Shown: piece by piece, positions 23,331-38,199 of the stretch
Layout: the number at the start of each line of letters is the position of its first letter
How positions within the stretch are numbered: position 1 is the stretch's first letter
From: Azolla caroliniana
Taxonomy: Eukaryota; Plantae; Polypodiophyta
Reading direction: 5' to 3'
DNA: 64,000 nt
Assembly: GCA_043228905.1 (NCBI GenBank)
Contig: JBHGNT010000001.1
Location: 10,726,001-10,790,000 of the forward strand
The notes under the pieces: generated by a model
The model's input: the letters and a program-made list of their open reading frames with translations, nothing else
The model's database searches: none
What the model was told of the DNA's origin: nothing
Translations under genes and position numbers: made by a program

Positions 23331-25489
23331 ATAGAATTAGGGGCAAGGATTTTTACACGTATTTTTTTCTTAATATCAATAGAATGAGGGGCAAGGATTT
23401 TTATATGTGAACCATATTATTCTTATTTTCGTCCCTTCCACAGGGACTGTAGAGGACTTGCATGCTTTTTACATAAAGGGAGATCCGTATGGAATCCATG
23501 AAAAACCAAGGTCATGATATTCAACAGCATGAATAACTAGAACAAACAGTCTATAACTTCCTTACATCGAAACATTCACTATAATGATAATGTCTACAGT
23601 TATCAATTACTAAACCACTTACTGGTTTGGATAGTTGGGGACTATATGTAGGCAAACCGATGGATACATATAGAGAGACAGTTACTCTTTGATTGCTCAA
23701 ATTATCTGGAGTACACCTGCTGAGCCACCTCAGATAGTTTGTCCAACCACAAGGATATATACAATCCTCGTGGTTGGAGGAACATATTTGAACTTGAAGT
23801 TGCACTTAGTGAGTATAGGATCTCCCAAATCATAGATAGTGTCCTGGGTTTTTGTAGAAATGAACATCAATTTAATTATGTTTACAGTGGGCATCTGCAA
23901 AGTATTTTCTTCAATGTAAGCACAATGGGATTGGGAGGTAATGAAGACATTTCAGATACCCAAGTACAGGTACTCAGCTCACTAATGAAACTCGCCACTA
24001 AAGATGACATTCATTGTTGGTATTCTCAATTGTTGAATGATTTCAGCTACATGGCATATGAGTATAATCCTAGTCATTCCAATATAACCAGGGATATCCC
24101 CATCTACAAATGATCTGAGCAGAGAACAAAATGATCAGAACAAATACTTTTTTTACACAGAGAGGGCTTGTATAGGCTCACTTGGTGCAAAAAGGCATAT
24201 CTGTCTCTATTTGTACACCTATCACACAAATCAATTTATTATCCAACATATGATACCCAAGGTTGGTACTGACCTCATAAACAAATCTAGCCATCATGGT
24301 GATACTTGTTGTTTGTATGCTCAATTGAAGAAAGGTTTTCAGCTACATGGCATACAATACACTCATTTCAATATAGCAAGGGTGTACCATCTATAAATTA
24401 TCCGAGCATAGAATAATAATATGATTAAAACAAATATAATTTCAACACATAACTTTGATACACGTACTTAAGCTGCTTTGGAATCATTGGAGCGTTATGT
24501 TTGCCAGTGCACGGTCTACTATGAGATAATGGGAGGATACTGATGCCTGTCCAAAGGAAACTTCACTCAGTGACATCGAAAGATGTAACCCTGCCTCAGC
24601 AAAGAATCCTCCAAACTTTCATTGAATGCATGTTCTCCTCCCATAGTGCAACACCATATGGAGTCCAATCAAAGCAATCAACATTGTACCTATTGTTTGA
24701 GAATTAGCATTATCTTGTGCACATTGATCAACACAATCATTACTTGGCATCAGATGCATGCCTCCTTTAGAACTGGCCTATGATTGATATATTTAGAAGA
24801 TACTAGTCTCTATTGCATTGGCCAGATGTTGTTGTTTGTTCAGGAAACAATCTATCTTCTGCACTTTACTTCTTTTCCTTGGTACCATTGTAAGCACATA
24901 CTTTAGAAGGATGCTTTAGGTAGCCTACTTCCACAGTTTCCTTATAGAACTGATGCCATTTTCACTTCATGATTCAGGGGTAACTGTTCAACATCATAAT
25001 TTCTTGTTACAAGATAGATGTGGGCTCTTTTTTGAAGTGGATCAATGATATCCTATCTTTCAAGATTTCCATGCACATCTATGTTATACATGCACATATG
25101 TATGTTTTTCCATGGATAACTATGAAATAATTTCAAAGATGTACATTGCAAAGTTGAAATGCAGCTTGCTGACGTAGATCTTAATAATTTGTAAAACAAT
25201 GCCCGAACATGTAAATTATATGTTTAATTTTTTCCTCCAAGCAGATTTTTAGCATGTGAATAATGACCTGTTGTGCTCAACGTGAGCAATATGTTTTGCA
25301 ATGTGCACGAGTTATAACAACTAATCATCTCATATTGAGAAAAGTATTTTATAGATGCCCCATTGATAATTGCAATCATATTTTTAGTTTTTTGGTTTCA
25401 ATTAGTAGAATAAGAGGTTGTATACAATATGGAATGATAATGTGGTATAGCTTGTAAGATTCTTTAACTGTAATTTGAATATTTCATAT

Positions 25490-26257
25490 TCATCAACCGT
25501 GTGATTATAGTAGTGAACAAAGCACAAACTGTATCTTATCAATTTGACTCCTCTAAGCTTGGTGTTGGAGAAAACATATTTCACCATCTCTTGCCAGTGA
25601 GTGATGGTGTTTGATTGACCCACTACTGTCCATCAACCATGTGATTATAATAATGAAGAAAACACAAGCTTTGTTCTGTTTATTTGACTCTTCTAAGCTA
25701 GGTGTTAAAGTAAACACATTTCACCATCTCTTGCCAGTAAGTAGAAATTGCGGTGGTGTTTGCTTGACCCACTACTGTCCATATACCATATGATTATAAC
25801 ATTGAACAAAACACAAGCCTTGTTCTGCTGATTTGACTCTTCTAAGTTAGGTGTTAATGGAAACACATTTCACCATCTCTTGTCAATAAGTGAAAATTGT
25901 GGTGGTGTTTGCTTGACCCACTGTTGTCCATCAACCATGTGATTATAGTAGCGAACAAATCAAAAGCCATGTTCTGTTGCTTTGACTCCTCTAAACGAGG
26001 TGTTGGAGTAAACATAATTCACCAATCTCTTGCCAATAAGTGAAAATTGTGGCAGTGTATGCGTGACCCACTGCTGTCTGTCAACCATTGATTATAAGTA
26101 GTGAACAAAAACACAAGCCATGTTCTGTCAAATTGACTCCTCTAAGCTAGGTGATGGAGGAAACATATTTCACCATCGCTTGCCAGTAAGTGAAAATTGT
26201 GGTGGTGTTTGCTTTACCCACTGTTGTCATCACCCATATGATTATAGTAGTGACCAA
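25490..26257. repeat. ~140-150-bp tandem repeat array (5-6 units)
   Basis: Recurring CATCAACCATGTGATTATAGTAG...TTTGACTC.TCTAAG...CATATTTCACCATCTCTTGCCA units. Confidence 0.9.
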
Positions 26258-26428
26258 AGCTAGTTGGTGAGGTAGTGGCTTACCAGGGTAACGAACAGTA
26301 GCTGTTCTAAGAGGATGATCAGCGACACTGGGACTGAGACACGGCCCAGGATCATACAGGAGGCAGCAGTGGGGAATCTTCTGCAATGAGCGAAAGCCTG
26401 ACGGAGCAATGCCGTGTGGAGGTAGAAG
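26258..26428 (+). pseudogene. 16S rRNA fragment, probably plastid-derived (NUPT)
   Basis: ACTGGGACTGAGACACGGCCCAG, GGAGGCAGCAGTGGGGAAT and plastid-type GGAGCAATGCCG.GTGGAGGTAGAAG, with scattered substitutions. Confidence 0.85.
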
Positions 26429-28755
26429 CAAGAGCATCTAATGCATGGAGATGTATTTGCATTCCCTTCAGAGAATTTGGAGCAAGTATAGAATTATTGG
26501 CTTAATTAACTAGGATATCTGATAGCTTTTATCAAGTCACAAATTTCATCACTGTAAAGTGCAAATGGAGTTGGAGAGTAGGCATCCTGTGTCTCATCTA
26601 TTTGATATAAACTAGTCAATGTTGAATATCCTTCCTGTGAGTTACTATAAACTAGTTGATGTTGCATATCCTTCCTGCTACTGGCACATAAAGAATCATC
26701 AAATCCTTCCTACTGCAGTTCTTTAATCCATGCATCATGAGTCTCTTGAGATTGTGTCAAAAACTCAGAAAATCATCAGTTTTAAGAATAAGTCCACTAT
26801 GTGCATTTACCCTTGGTGGTAGCAAGAAAGAGAGGGAAGGAAGAGGTAAAGACTTTATTAGCCTTGGAGATCAGATATGACATATGTTTTCGTATAATAT
26901 CTGTGGAGTATAGTGTCGTGTACCAGACTTTATAATGAATGTTGCAACTGAGAGTGCACATTGTGTCTTTGAAAGAACTGTGTAGGGACAGGTTTGGATT
27001 GACATGTGGGGAAGGCAAAAAATATATTGATTTGAATGTGGGGCATTGTAGAGCGTGATACTTGAGGCTCACATGGTGTTGATGATTCGCAAGGCTTGAG
27101 ATTGAGAGCATCCCTCTCTGAGGAGTCCAAACAAGTTTGGGAGATAGGAGTGAGGGTATATGACAATCATTGGTTCATAATCCTCATCTTGAAGATCAAC
27201 CTTATTGTTATGCTTGGGAGCCCATGTTTGTAAACTAACACCAACTCCCATCATGCGTTCCTTTTTCCCAAATGGCTGATTTATAATGGTAACCATATTG
27301 TTGTGAAATATGGCTTATCTAAATCATCAATGAAATCAAGCCCATAACAAACTAAGAAATTTTGAAATGAAGTTAGAGGTATTCGGAAAGTGTCATCATT
27401 CAATATTATAAAGGAGTAGTAAATGGAAAGAGGGGGAAGTTCAGTTTTGTTTGTGAGGTTAATGGATGTCAGGAGGGGTGGGATCATCCTTATATTTTTT
27501 GTGCAAGACAAAATGGGGGATGTAGTGCAATACAAAAGCTGAGGATTCTTTTTGTAAACAATTTTCGTCGGTTTTATTAAGGTTGAAACTTGAAATACAT
27601 ATGCCTAACAGTAGTTGTCAATAGGCTTGTTTGCAGCGTCACTAGCATGCTACACTCATTATATTCTAGTGCTAATTTTGGCTCAAAAGTCTACATCATT
27701 ACATTGTCTTTATGGTCCCCACTAGGCTTTCATCCTTCCCCCAAAGAAAAGAAAAGAAAAGAACGAAACAAAGGAAAAGTGAAATGTGCAGATCCCAAAC
27801 AGTCTACACCTTTGAATCCATATCTAGCATCTTTTTGTTGAATGGACGCATATCATATACTATGGAAGTGAGGCATATATGTAACGCTTTCAGATGCTGG
27901 GATCCACATTTGTGCCCCTTCTGGTTGATACCATATTATAAGTCTTGGCTTCCATCCTTTCCCCGAAGAAAACAAAATAAAAGAGATGACAAAACAAAAG
28001 AAAAATGAAGATTTCAGTATCCGACCAAACCAATAGACCACACCATGGAAACAAGGGATATACCCAACGACACATTCATAGAGAATAAAGTTATCTTCCA
28101 CTTATTTATGCACTGTAGAATCAGGATACAATAGTATTTAATACTGTACTCAAAGATAACTCTATTTTACATATTTTTCACCTTGAAATCATTTTTTCAT
28201 TTTCCTAGTTGTAGGGTCACTTATCTGATGTCAAGCACAACAGGTATGCTTGCTCGTATATGCATAACGTGATTATAAGGCAATAAAACGATGTTCCAAG
28301 GACTTGCATCTTTTAGGCTTCTGAAAATTACAAGCACATTCAAAGCAACAAGCTTTTGTTTTCGCTTAGGATTGCAAGCAATTCTGCATATTTATACAGT
28401 TTTTATCACAAAGAAAAGAGTGTTTTTTTACCTATATATGCTTTTGGTTTTTCTAGAGTAGCATTGTCATGTGCAGCAATGTGACATTCATATTGTTCTT
28501 CCCTTTCAAAAGAAGATTATTTTTCTTTTTATTTATTGATAGTTGATTAATAATATGAATAGCACACGGGCTCCTAAACCATGCCAACCTTACTACCAAC
28601 ACAACCACATTATTTTTCCTCTTAATGAAAGAATCGCAATGTGATGGTAAACTCTCATAGTTAGTGTATGTTACATTATTGAGATGGCTTAGTGATTCTT
28701 GGCAATTTCATTCATGCCAAAAAATAGAGATTCTTATGATAAAGAACTTACAAGT

Positions 28756-28995
28756 TCAATGAATCAGTTCTGATGATTGAAAAACAGGTACCTCATTGAC
28801 AAATGCCATATTCAAGCTGTAACAATGGAAAACATTTGATAAAATGACAATGATATAAAACATTTTAGTTGGTACGAACTTCGAAGCATGTTGGATCAAG
28901 GGCATTTGTAGATTTACATTGAAAATCTTCCATAGGTATGCAACATCCCCATCATAGCCTATAGGATTATAGATACGGTCATGAATAATTTTCAA
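28756..28995 (-). pseudogene. Possible decayed hAT-like transposase remnant
   Basis: GYDG and HCYSLNMA motifs are reminiscent of hAT GYDGA...HCxAHxLNL; weak evidence. Confidence 0.25.
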
Positions 28996-31443
28996 TTATT
29001 AGCAAGGAGTTCTATACTCAAATGAAAACATTTTTCGTGGAGTTTGTCACTATCATTATTGAAAATGTGTTGTTCTTATTTTAAACACTTTCGATAATAC
29101 TTTTAATCCCCATGCTTTTCTAAATAGACACATGTTGCTAATCTCCAAAGTCCTAGTAACTAGAATATGGAAGCATATTTAAATATAAGTCAAAAGGAAA
29201 AGGAGTGTGGCGTGCCTATTGATGATCATAAGAGGGCTCAAGATTCAAGATGTTAGTACAAGAATTAAACGTATTCATATTTATCATTATTTGGCAATTC
29301 CCCACATCTATGAGTCCAATATAAAGCATACTAAGCTGTAACATTGAGATGCAAGAGAACAAAGAACTTAACCATTGTGGATATCCACATAAGTTGATTC
29401 AACACTTGGGTATGTTATTTATCATGTTGAAACAAATTCATTGGTGCTTAGCATTTTTAAGATTTGAACATTGGTACCGTGGAGGATATAACTTCAACAT
29501 GCATGAGATAGTTATGGCACAAAATCAATTGTGTGCTTATGGGTTCAATATTAACTATACATGTATTTCAAAGTGAACATGTGTTGCATAAAACTCCACT
29601 AAGAGGGAATGTCTTGAACTCTAAGAGGGTCATGCATGGTAATACCCTTAAAAGGGAGGTAAACTTGAAGAAATTGCTAGAACTCTAATGGCGTATTTGC
29701 CTCACATCGTACCTCAAAAACAAGAGGCAACTTCGAAAGCAAAAAGGTATGCATATTTTATCCTAAGATTTAAAATTTCAAGCACAACTTCCTTTTCAGA
29801 GACTTTAGGATTAAATCTAAAAATTTGCTAAAATAAAAAGACAACTTCTAATGCACTATTCTTGTAAGTTGGTATTTTGCCTTGATGTTAAAATCTTAAG
29901 GATTTGAACTTCCTCTGATTTAGACTTTTTAGGATCATAATAGATAAGAAACCACAATTTCCATTGACACTCTTCATAGTTGATGTTGTATTTAAAAATA
30001 ATGGCCAATTTGGTATTGTTATCATATCATGAATGTTTGTTTCAAAGTTACATCGAATGACTTACCTTTCCCCTCATCTATTGTAAGTACCTTGATGAGC
30101 TATTAGAGCTCAATCTGAAGGAGTGTAATGTTGTTAGCTCATTTGGATTGGCTGTCAACACATTTGTAGTGTCAAGAATGATCAATGTTTTCACATCATA
30201 TATATTAAGAAAAGTTCTCTCTACATGCACACACACAAACACTTTACCCATCTCTTAGCCAATGTGATGATACATTGGTACTAACCTCAATCATAATAAC
30301 ATTGTGTGTGTCCATCTACAAAGACCAATACACATTACATTTATGTTATGGTGTTTTGACTACATAAACATCGTGTTACTAAACCAATTGACCTCAAAAC
30401 CATAGGGCACCAATAGACATATGTAATATTCTTGTTCTTATTCTTCATCCCAAATTTCCAATCATCACCATAACATAATGTCCTCCAAAATAAAATTAGA
30501 GTCTTCACCAAGAACTCTACATAGCCTAAGATCTAGAAAAAGGAGGAAGTCCTAATAACCTAATTTTCCTTGCCACTATATCACTCATTTCTACTTGGTC
30601 TTCGCATTAATATGCCATAATAACTCCAAGGAAAGTTGGCTACTTTCTTGTCCCTCTTATGGTATCTTATAGAATATTGAACAAGTACTTTCACATTTTT
30701 TATTCAAACATACATGGTAATTGCTTCTTTTTTCATGGATAACACATGCAATTGCATAGTCATGAATAACAATGAGCATGTCGAAAACAATACAAAGGAT
30801 TGAAATGACAATACATAAGCACATGCATACATAGGTGTCATATGTTTACAATGGTATTAAAAAGGTCCACAACATTTGTTTGAAAAGAGAAAGTGGCTTG
30901 TTTGGAATATAAATGGAGATGTGATGTCTATGTGCATGTGTAAGATGAACCATCTTGTGGTGGCCAAATAAAGGCTCGAAGAAGGTAATACATATGAAGG
31001 TCTATAGTTAGGTCCTACAAGTATAAGTTTCCATGGTGCTACTATATGATGGTGTCTCTAAACTTAAAAAGGAAGTGTTTCCCTTTACAACTACTAGCAT
31101 GAATAATTTGAAGTGTAGTGAACATATTACACCAAACTCTCCTCTTTGATAAGGTTACTCTGTCTCTTTGTCTCTCTCTATGCATTTTGGAAGGGTCATT
31201 TACATACATGGTTGTTTAAGTCATAAATATTGAAAGGACTAAAAGTTCTTCTCCACATTATATAGAAAAGGAAGGAATAATATTATATTAATAAAAGGAG
31301 ATATGTTTATAAATAGAATATAATGGTTTTATTTACTAGCAAATTGTAGAAACCCATGTACTAAATCAAATGATGTAATTTGTTTTCATTATTTAATCAA
31401 TTATTGAAACCATATTTAAATCTGTTATCCAAACTTTAGCTAT

Positions 31444-34400
31444 ATGTATAGTTATGAGTTCCAACTATTAATGGCCTTGGAATGTATAGCTATGAATACT
31501 ACTAAGCAAACATTAGTTGCTGTATTTGTTGCTTCATTGATTATAATACCTGCAGTCAATGGATCTAGATCTGATACGAATCTAGTTGATACTAATAATA
31601 ACTTGAAGAGGAAGTGTGATGATGATGATGATGATGATATTTTAGTATTACTGGAGAGCCACAAAAGCAGAAGGGATCCTTCTCCTTCTTCTTCTGCCTA
31701 TTATCATTATTACAGGAGAGATGGAGTACACCATGATCATGATCACCATCATGACAGAGATGGAATAAATATATATCATGATCATATTGCACAAAGAGGA
31801 AAAGATGTACAGGCATACATGAAGTGGATAGAGAGGGTGAGGATGAGATCCACAAGGTGGGCCACGGCCCGAAAATCCATGGTGGGAAATGCGGCACGAA
31901 ATCCTGTGCCTGGAAACCCGGAAGATTCCATGAGAGATTCTGCGGTCCATATCGAATACAGATGGATTAAGCCAGTTTTCGCGGTGGTAGCGGAGAGCGA
32001 GGCCGTGGGGGCAGGATCGTCCCTTGTGCTGGTGCGCCCCGAGAACTACCTACTTGTGGACACGAAGAATGGGCCTTTCTACACTGTCCAGGCGGCGGTG
32101 GACGCCGTCCCCAAACACAACGCCCAACGCATCATCATTAGAATTGCGGCCGGAGTCTACGAGTACTAGTCTTACTACTTTTGCTATCTTCGATCTTCCG
32201 ATACCAAGGCATTCGATGCTAATGCCCTTTGTCATTTCAATGGTTTGGTAGAGACATGTAAAATCATGGGCTTGTGTTGTAGAGGACATGTATGACAAGG
32301 AGAATATGTGTGTGTGTGTGGCGCGTGCATGTGCACAATGGTGTTGTGGTTAGTGGTGGTGGTGACACATGTCTCTAGAAATACATTCCATATCCCTCTT
32401 CTTTGAAGACACTACAAGAAACACATGCCTTCTGTCCATGCTATACAGATTATAGTTGCCCCTAATGACAACCGCTAGAGATACACACACAAATTCATCG
32501 TCGTCCGACCAACGACTTTGATTGGTTTATTGTATTCACAAGGGCACATGTGGCAGTGACTGAGCGTTAGTGGTGTCATCAAGAAAACCTTGTTGGAGTG
32601 TGTTTCGCAAGATCGCCCTTGTTATCCACATATATATCTATATATATCTCTTATGCTTTTTAGTGAATATGCATGTGTACACCCTTTTATGTCACCAGGT
32701 AAAAGACCCTCTTCATTGTAAACATTGATCATCATTGAATTTTTCGGATTTTTTTGTATAGAGAGAAAGTGAAAATACCAAAGGACAAACGTTTTATCAC
32801 ATTCTTGGGAGAAGGTGCAAATAAGACTAGGATTACTTGGCATGACACATCCAACAGTAGTCATAGCACATTTAAGAGTGCATCGGTATCAGTTATGGCC
32901 AATGGTTTCGTTGCAAGGAATTTGGCATTTGAGGTAAATTCTCATACTGTGTTTCATATCGCTTCTAATGATTCTAGCTTTATCCATCTCTTACACATAT
33001 GTATAAGATAGTCATGGATCATACTTGTTTATATTGTTTCAAAGGTATTTTATATAAACTTTGGTTAATATATCAATCTTCTTTTATAAGTACTACAAAC
33101 TTCTCATTTACAAGGCCTAAACCATTAGATTGGTGATACCATGATCAAGCTATATTATTCCAATATTCAAGCATGAATGTGAAGTCTAAAATTGAGATTA
33201 CTTAATTTGTGTATTCAATTGGATAGTAAATCTTTCTCAGTGGTTTGTGTGTGTTCATGTTTTTTGTAACTTAAATTCCGCATAAAATATTTGGGTTCAT
33301 TTATATAACTTGTGAACTTCCTTTCGCATATAGAATTCAGCACCAGCTCCGAAACCAGGAGATGTTGGAGCACAAGCCGTGGCCTTCCAAATTTCAGGAG
33401 ACCAATCTGCAATTTATGATTGTGCCTTTTATGGAGCCCAGGACACACTATATGATCATAAAGGTCGTCACTACTTCAAAAATTGCTTGATTCAAGGATC
33501 CATCGATTTTGTATTTGGAGATGGTTTGTCACTCTATGAGGTAAACCATTACTATTCATTGCATACATTTTCTCAACATAATCCACTAAAAAGTATATGT
33601 ACAATATTGTGTTGTAAGTACATAATTATATCTCAATAAGATTCAAACAAACATCAAAACTATCTCATAGTTTTGTATATCTAAACGAATTACATTCACA
33701 CGTAAAACCTGAAAATGAATTGATGACAATGTCAAATCTACATATCATTCCTTCATCACATGCATAAATTAATTTCCTACTAGCTTCAAAACCAATGGAT
33801 TTTAAAAATAGATTGTTCACCCATGGTAGAAAAATAATTTGTGCTTGCATGTTTCTGATATTGTAAATTTGTATGCATGTGCATATCCATTTAAGCACTT
33901 GTGTGGACTAACCAATGTTTTGTCATTTTTATGTGATAGAAATTAAGCATACATATGCATATGCATATTTGGACTATGCTACCACATTTTCTTTTTTACA
34001 TGACAAAGATGTGAATAATATGCTCACATAAATAGATTGCCCTAGACCTTGCAATTTTAGAATTTTGTATGAGGCGTAAGGAAAACCTTCGAACATTCAC
34101 ATTGTTGTCAATCTCATAATGTGAACATTGTTGAGGACTCAGGAGTATCTCCTTTAGGTCCTCTTCTTTTGTTAGGAGGATCATGAAGGCTAATTAATGT
34201 ACATCATCATAATTTTTCCAAGTGAGAATCCCTTCCCTTTTCTCAACACTCATTAAACATATTTGTCGGTGTGTAATATTTTATGAACAAGTTGTAGAAC
34301 ATTTATGTGAAAGTAGTAAATTTTAATAGTACAAATTGGATCTATGTATAGAAATGAAATTCAAATGAATAGTACAACTGACTAGATGAACAATAACAAA

Positions 34401-35569
34401 TATAAGGGTATATACATTCACAACACATAAATCAATTGCATTTTAATTTGTAGAATTGAACTTTGATACAACCAAGCTTCATTAGAAATTAGAATATTCC
34501 ATATGTTTCTTCTTTTTGGAAAGCAAATTTATTGATGTGATGTAAAACAAAACAAATCCCACTGCAACAAGCTTTGAATTTAGTGAACGATGAGAAAGTT
34601 CAATACAAGACGAAAAAGAATTTGGGCTTTGGTTTGGACAAAGTTTATAGAAACATAGGAAAAGCGAAAAAATTATATTCCTATACATGAAATGTTTGCT
34701 CAAGAATGGCAACATTATAATATTCTATAGGCAATGTTAGGGAGACCCACAAGAAGTTATAAATATTTTCTCATGTAGGAGGGAGAGACCTCTTTCCCAA
34801 GATTATGAACTTGTGCACGCAAGGCTTTGCATACCTAGCTAGGTTTGATGGGGGCATGAGCACTAACACACTAGCCTAGTGCATCCAACTAGATATGATC
34901 TAGCTCACTTCTAAAGTCTCATTAAATGTGCCAATTATAGTTGCCAAATTTTGTAAGTATTTTGTGTCACAACTAAAACAAAATTGGGATCACATATAAA
35001 TAAACAATGAACAAGTAGCCATATGTATATAATATGAAATAAAATTTTGTCTAATTGTTTGTAGGAGTGTGAGCTACGAACATTGAGCATATCAACAGGG
35101 TCACTAACAGCACAGAAGAGGAAGACAAGTGAAGAAGACACAGGATTCTCCTTTGTGAATTGTCGAGTTACAGGTGCAGGGATGGTGTACCTAGGGCGAG
35201 CTTGGGGAGCCTATTCTCGGGTTGTTTACATCCACACCTATATTGATGATATCATCTTACCGGATGCTTGGAATGATTGGAGCATTCCATCTCGCCAAAA
35301 GTATATTAACGCTCTTACCATCCTCTCCTCTTGTTTTATCAACTTAATTTACTAGCATAAATACAATCAATCTTAACATGGTTGGCTCATATTCATTGTT
35401 GGTGTACTTGTGTAGGACTTCGTTCTATGCCATTTTTGAGTGTTTTGGCCCTGGCTCTAACCTCCGCAATAAGGTGGCATGGGCTCACTACCTCACTCCA
35501 GAACAAGCAACTCCTTTCATGTCCCTTTCATTCATTGATGGACAATCTTGGCTCCCGTCAATGTCTTGA
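31444..35569 (+). CDS. PME: Pectin methylesterase (no PMEI pro-domain), 5 exons
   Basis: Exons ~31444-32162, 32762-32933, 33334-33540, 35065-35300, 35416-35569, with consistent phases. Motifs [49 protein letters not shown]. Start codon uncertain (31444, 31471 or 31492). Confidence 0.93.
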
Positions 35570-36699
35570 GATTTTTTATCATAAATTGCTTATACTCATC
35601 TGTTATAGAATGAAGACTCATCTTACTCAAGATTTTTGAAAACACAACTTAAGAATCGTTAATCAAGTGTTAAATTTGAAGGCACTCTTGTATACTCATC
35701 ATTAACTAAGCAATACACTTCTTAGATAATTTATCTTGTTCTTTCCTCAATATCACACATTGATGGGTCACACTTCTCTTGGGTTGTGAAAATGCATTGG
35801 AACATAATTTTTGGAACTTGACTAATTCTCTTGTAATGATACTTTACATTATACGTAAAAATATATTTACAACAGCCAACCCAATTAACAATAGTGAATG
35901 TAGATAGGGTTGGACAAGTGTTGGCTATCTAGATTCAACGTAAAGTATAGGCTTCCATAGGTGTTGTCTAAATCCCTTGTAAGGATATACTGTTTACCTA
36001 TGCTTCACCAAATTTAGGTTGATTGTCCTAATTAGTGGTGATTTCGATGATTAATCCACCAAAAATATTAAAGAAGAAGGAGAGGAAAACAAAGGGAGGG
36101 GGAATGGCCTAAAAAGAAAGGGAGAAGAGACAATTACATTTAGATAATCAAGGAGCATTTCTACTACTTGTACTTTGAGGATTCGAGGTCATTAACGGGT
36201 CTAGAAATTTTACATTCTCCTCCCCTTTGTGATTGCTAATATCCTTTTTCAAACTTCTTATTTCATGGTGCATGTATTTTGAGGATTAGAATCCCAAGTA
36301 TGTTGTTAGTGCACATGACAATTTCCTATTCATTTGTAGATTTGTAATAATTTGAGAGACTTACAATCATGAAAGCCTTGTGACACACCCCAATTTTCGT
36401 AAACTCTACAATATTGTAATGCAAGATCTATAATCTCAACTCTTCCCACCAATTTAGTTCTATTTATTGAAGTTTTATTTTTGTCATTAAGTAATTTTGT
36501 ACAACAAATCGATATGGTTGTAAATTTGGTTTTGTTTTGATTTGATTATTATTTCATGCTACTTCATTACTACCTAGAAACTAACCTTGAAAACACAGGT
36601 TTATAATGGAGAGTTTTGTGAGTTCTTGCTAAACATACCCTTGAATGCTAGACTCAACAAGAAATGAAGAAAGAGTTGAGAGCCCAACTTGTTCTAGAA

Positions 36700-37040
36700 A
36701 TGAAGAAAGTTAGGAGCGAAGAGACCCATTGGCAAGACGAGAATTTAGGGGGTGAAAAGAGCTAATGCGGCGACAATGATCCATTTGCAAAGAGACCTAA
36801 TGATGAGATGATAGTTTAGGAATCAAGAGAGCTAGGTGCAAAGAGACCTAGTGGCAAGACAAAGTTAGGAGTGAAGAGACCTAGTGGCAAGACGAAAGTT
36901 TAGGAGTGAAGGGACTTGGGGTTGAAACAAGATTTTGGGAGCAAAGAGACCTAATTGTGAAACAAGTATAGGTGTGAAGAGACTTGCTGGTAAGATGAGC
37001 GTTTGGGAGCAAAGAGAGTGCGGTGAGACGAGAATCTAGG
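36700..37040. repeat. Degenerate ~36-bp minisatellite (GAGACCTAGTGGCAAGAC-like)
   Basis: Repeated GGAG..AAGAGACC(T)A.TGG.AAGAC motifs; probably part of an old LTR element. Confidence 0.6.
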
Positions 37041-38199
37041 AACACAAAGGGAGGATGGGTTGAGGAGTCTGTTGAGAATTTGTGGTCGAATTCCCGTATT
37101 TCGTATCAGAGACATAGATTGGTGCAATGAAGGTGCAAGAAGCCTAGAAGCAAAGCCGACCTACCATATTAGACACTTCTCCTAGTTCAGAATCCCCATG
37201 GACACTGTCATACACATAAGCACATTTTTATGACATAATTTGGTTAGGTTGGTGCGAAAGTGGTGGCACGAACAAATGTTGGATAAAAAAGAAGAAGACA
37301 AAACAATGTAGGAACACAACAATTGTTAAGTGAAAGAATACACTCAATTTTGGGGAGAAAGTGCGAGGTCGATGTATCCATTAAAGGAGGTGTAATTAGG
37401 AAAATCATAAAAGATTCTAGATTATTCAACAAGAGGAGTAACTCAAAGTTCTTTATCTCTCTACTGAGTAATTAAGGGGAAGGTCTAGATTTGAAGGTGT
37501 GTCCTCCTCCATTTGACCTTGGGCTTAATCAACAATAGTAAGCTCTCCAATACTTTGTAGCCCTTATCATGGGCTTGAGGAAGGCTAAAAATGACATTAC
37601 TAGCTATACGAAGATTGTACAAAAGAGAAATACAATTTGAAGAGATCCTAAAAACAACATGAGTCTCTAGCTTCAATTGTGTGATAACGACATGCTTACA
37701 AACCTGAATTGGAGAGCTAATAATTGCTAATACGATGCGACTAGCATTTAAACATGTGTTTCTTGAGGAATACATCGTCAATGATACAACAAGGGTGTAT
37801 CTTCAAGATTTCCATAACTGAATGCAAAGAAGATTATGAGAGTCATAGGAATATGCAACGAGTTAGACTAAACCTTTTGGTGGTTCCCAATGGTTGACCA
37901 TACTATTCTTGGGCAAGGACGAGTTCTTTAATTCTTGAAAATTGTGAATGTGAAAGATAGATGAGAGTTGGGAACCCTCTTGCAATATGAGATCCAACCT
38001 AATGGTCTCATTTCAAATTGGATGAGAGCTAGGAGAACGCGTGGTTGTTTCAACAAGCAACAAAGATGGAATATTGAATAATAACCAACAAGGCCCATTG
38101 CATTGGAGTTCAACACATGGAAGGACGTGATGAAAAAGAGAGACTTGCTGATAGAGTCAAGGATGTTAAAGGATCTCATTGAAAGGTCATCTCCTTCAA

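Noticed and set aside
26258-26428. Functional rRNA gene
   Set aside because: Only 171 bp, with substitutions in conserved positions and no flanking operon.
36380-37240. Complete LTR with TSD
   Set aside because: TG start seen, but no convincing matching end, TSD or PBS.
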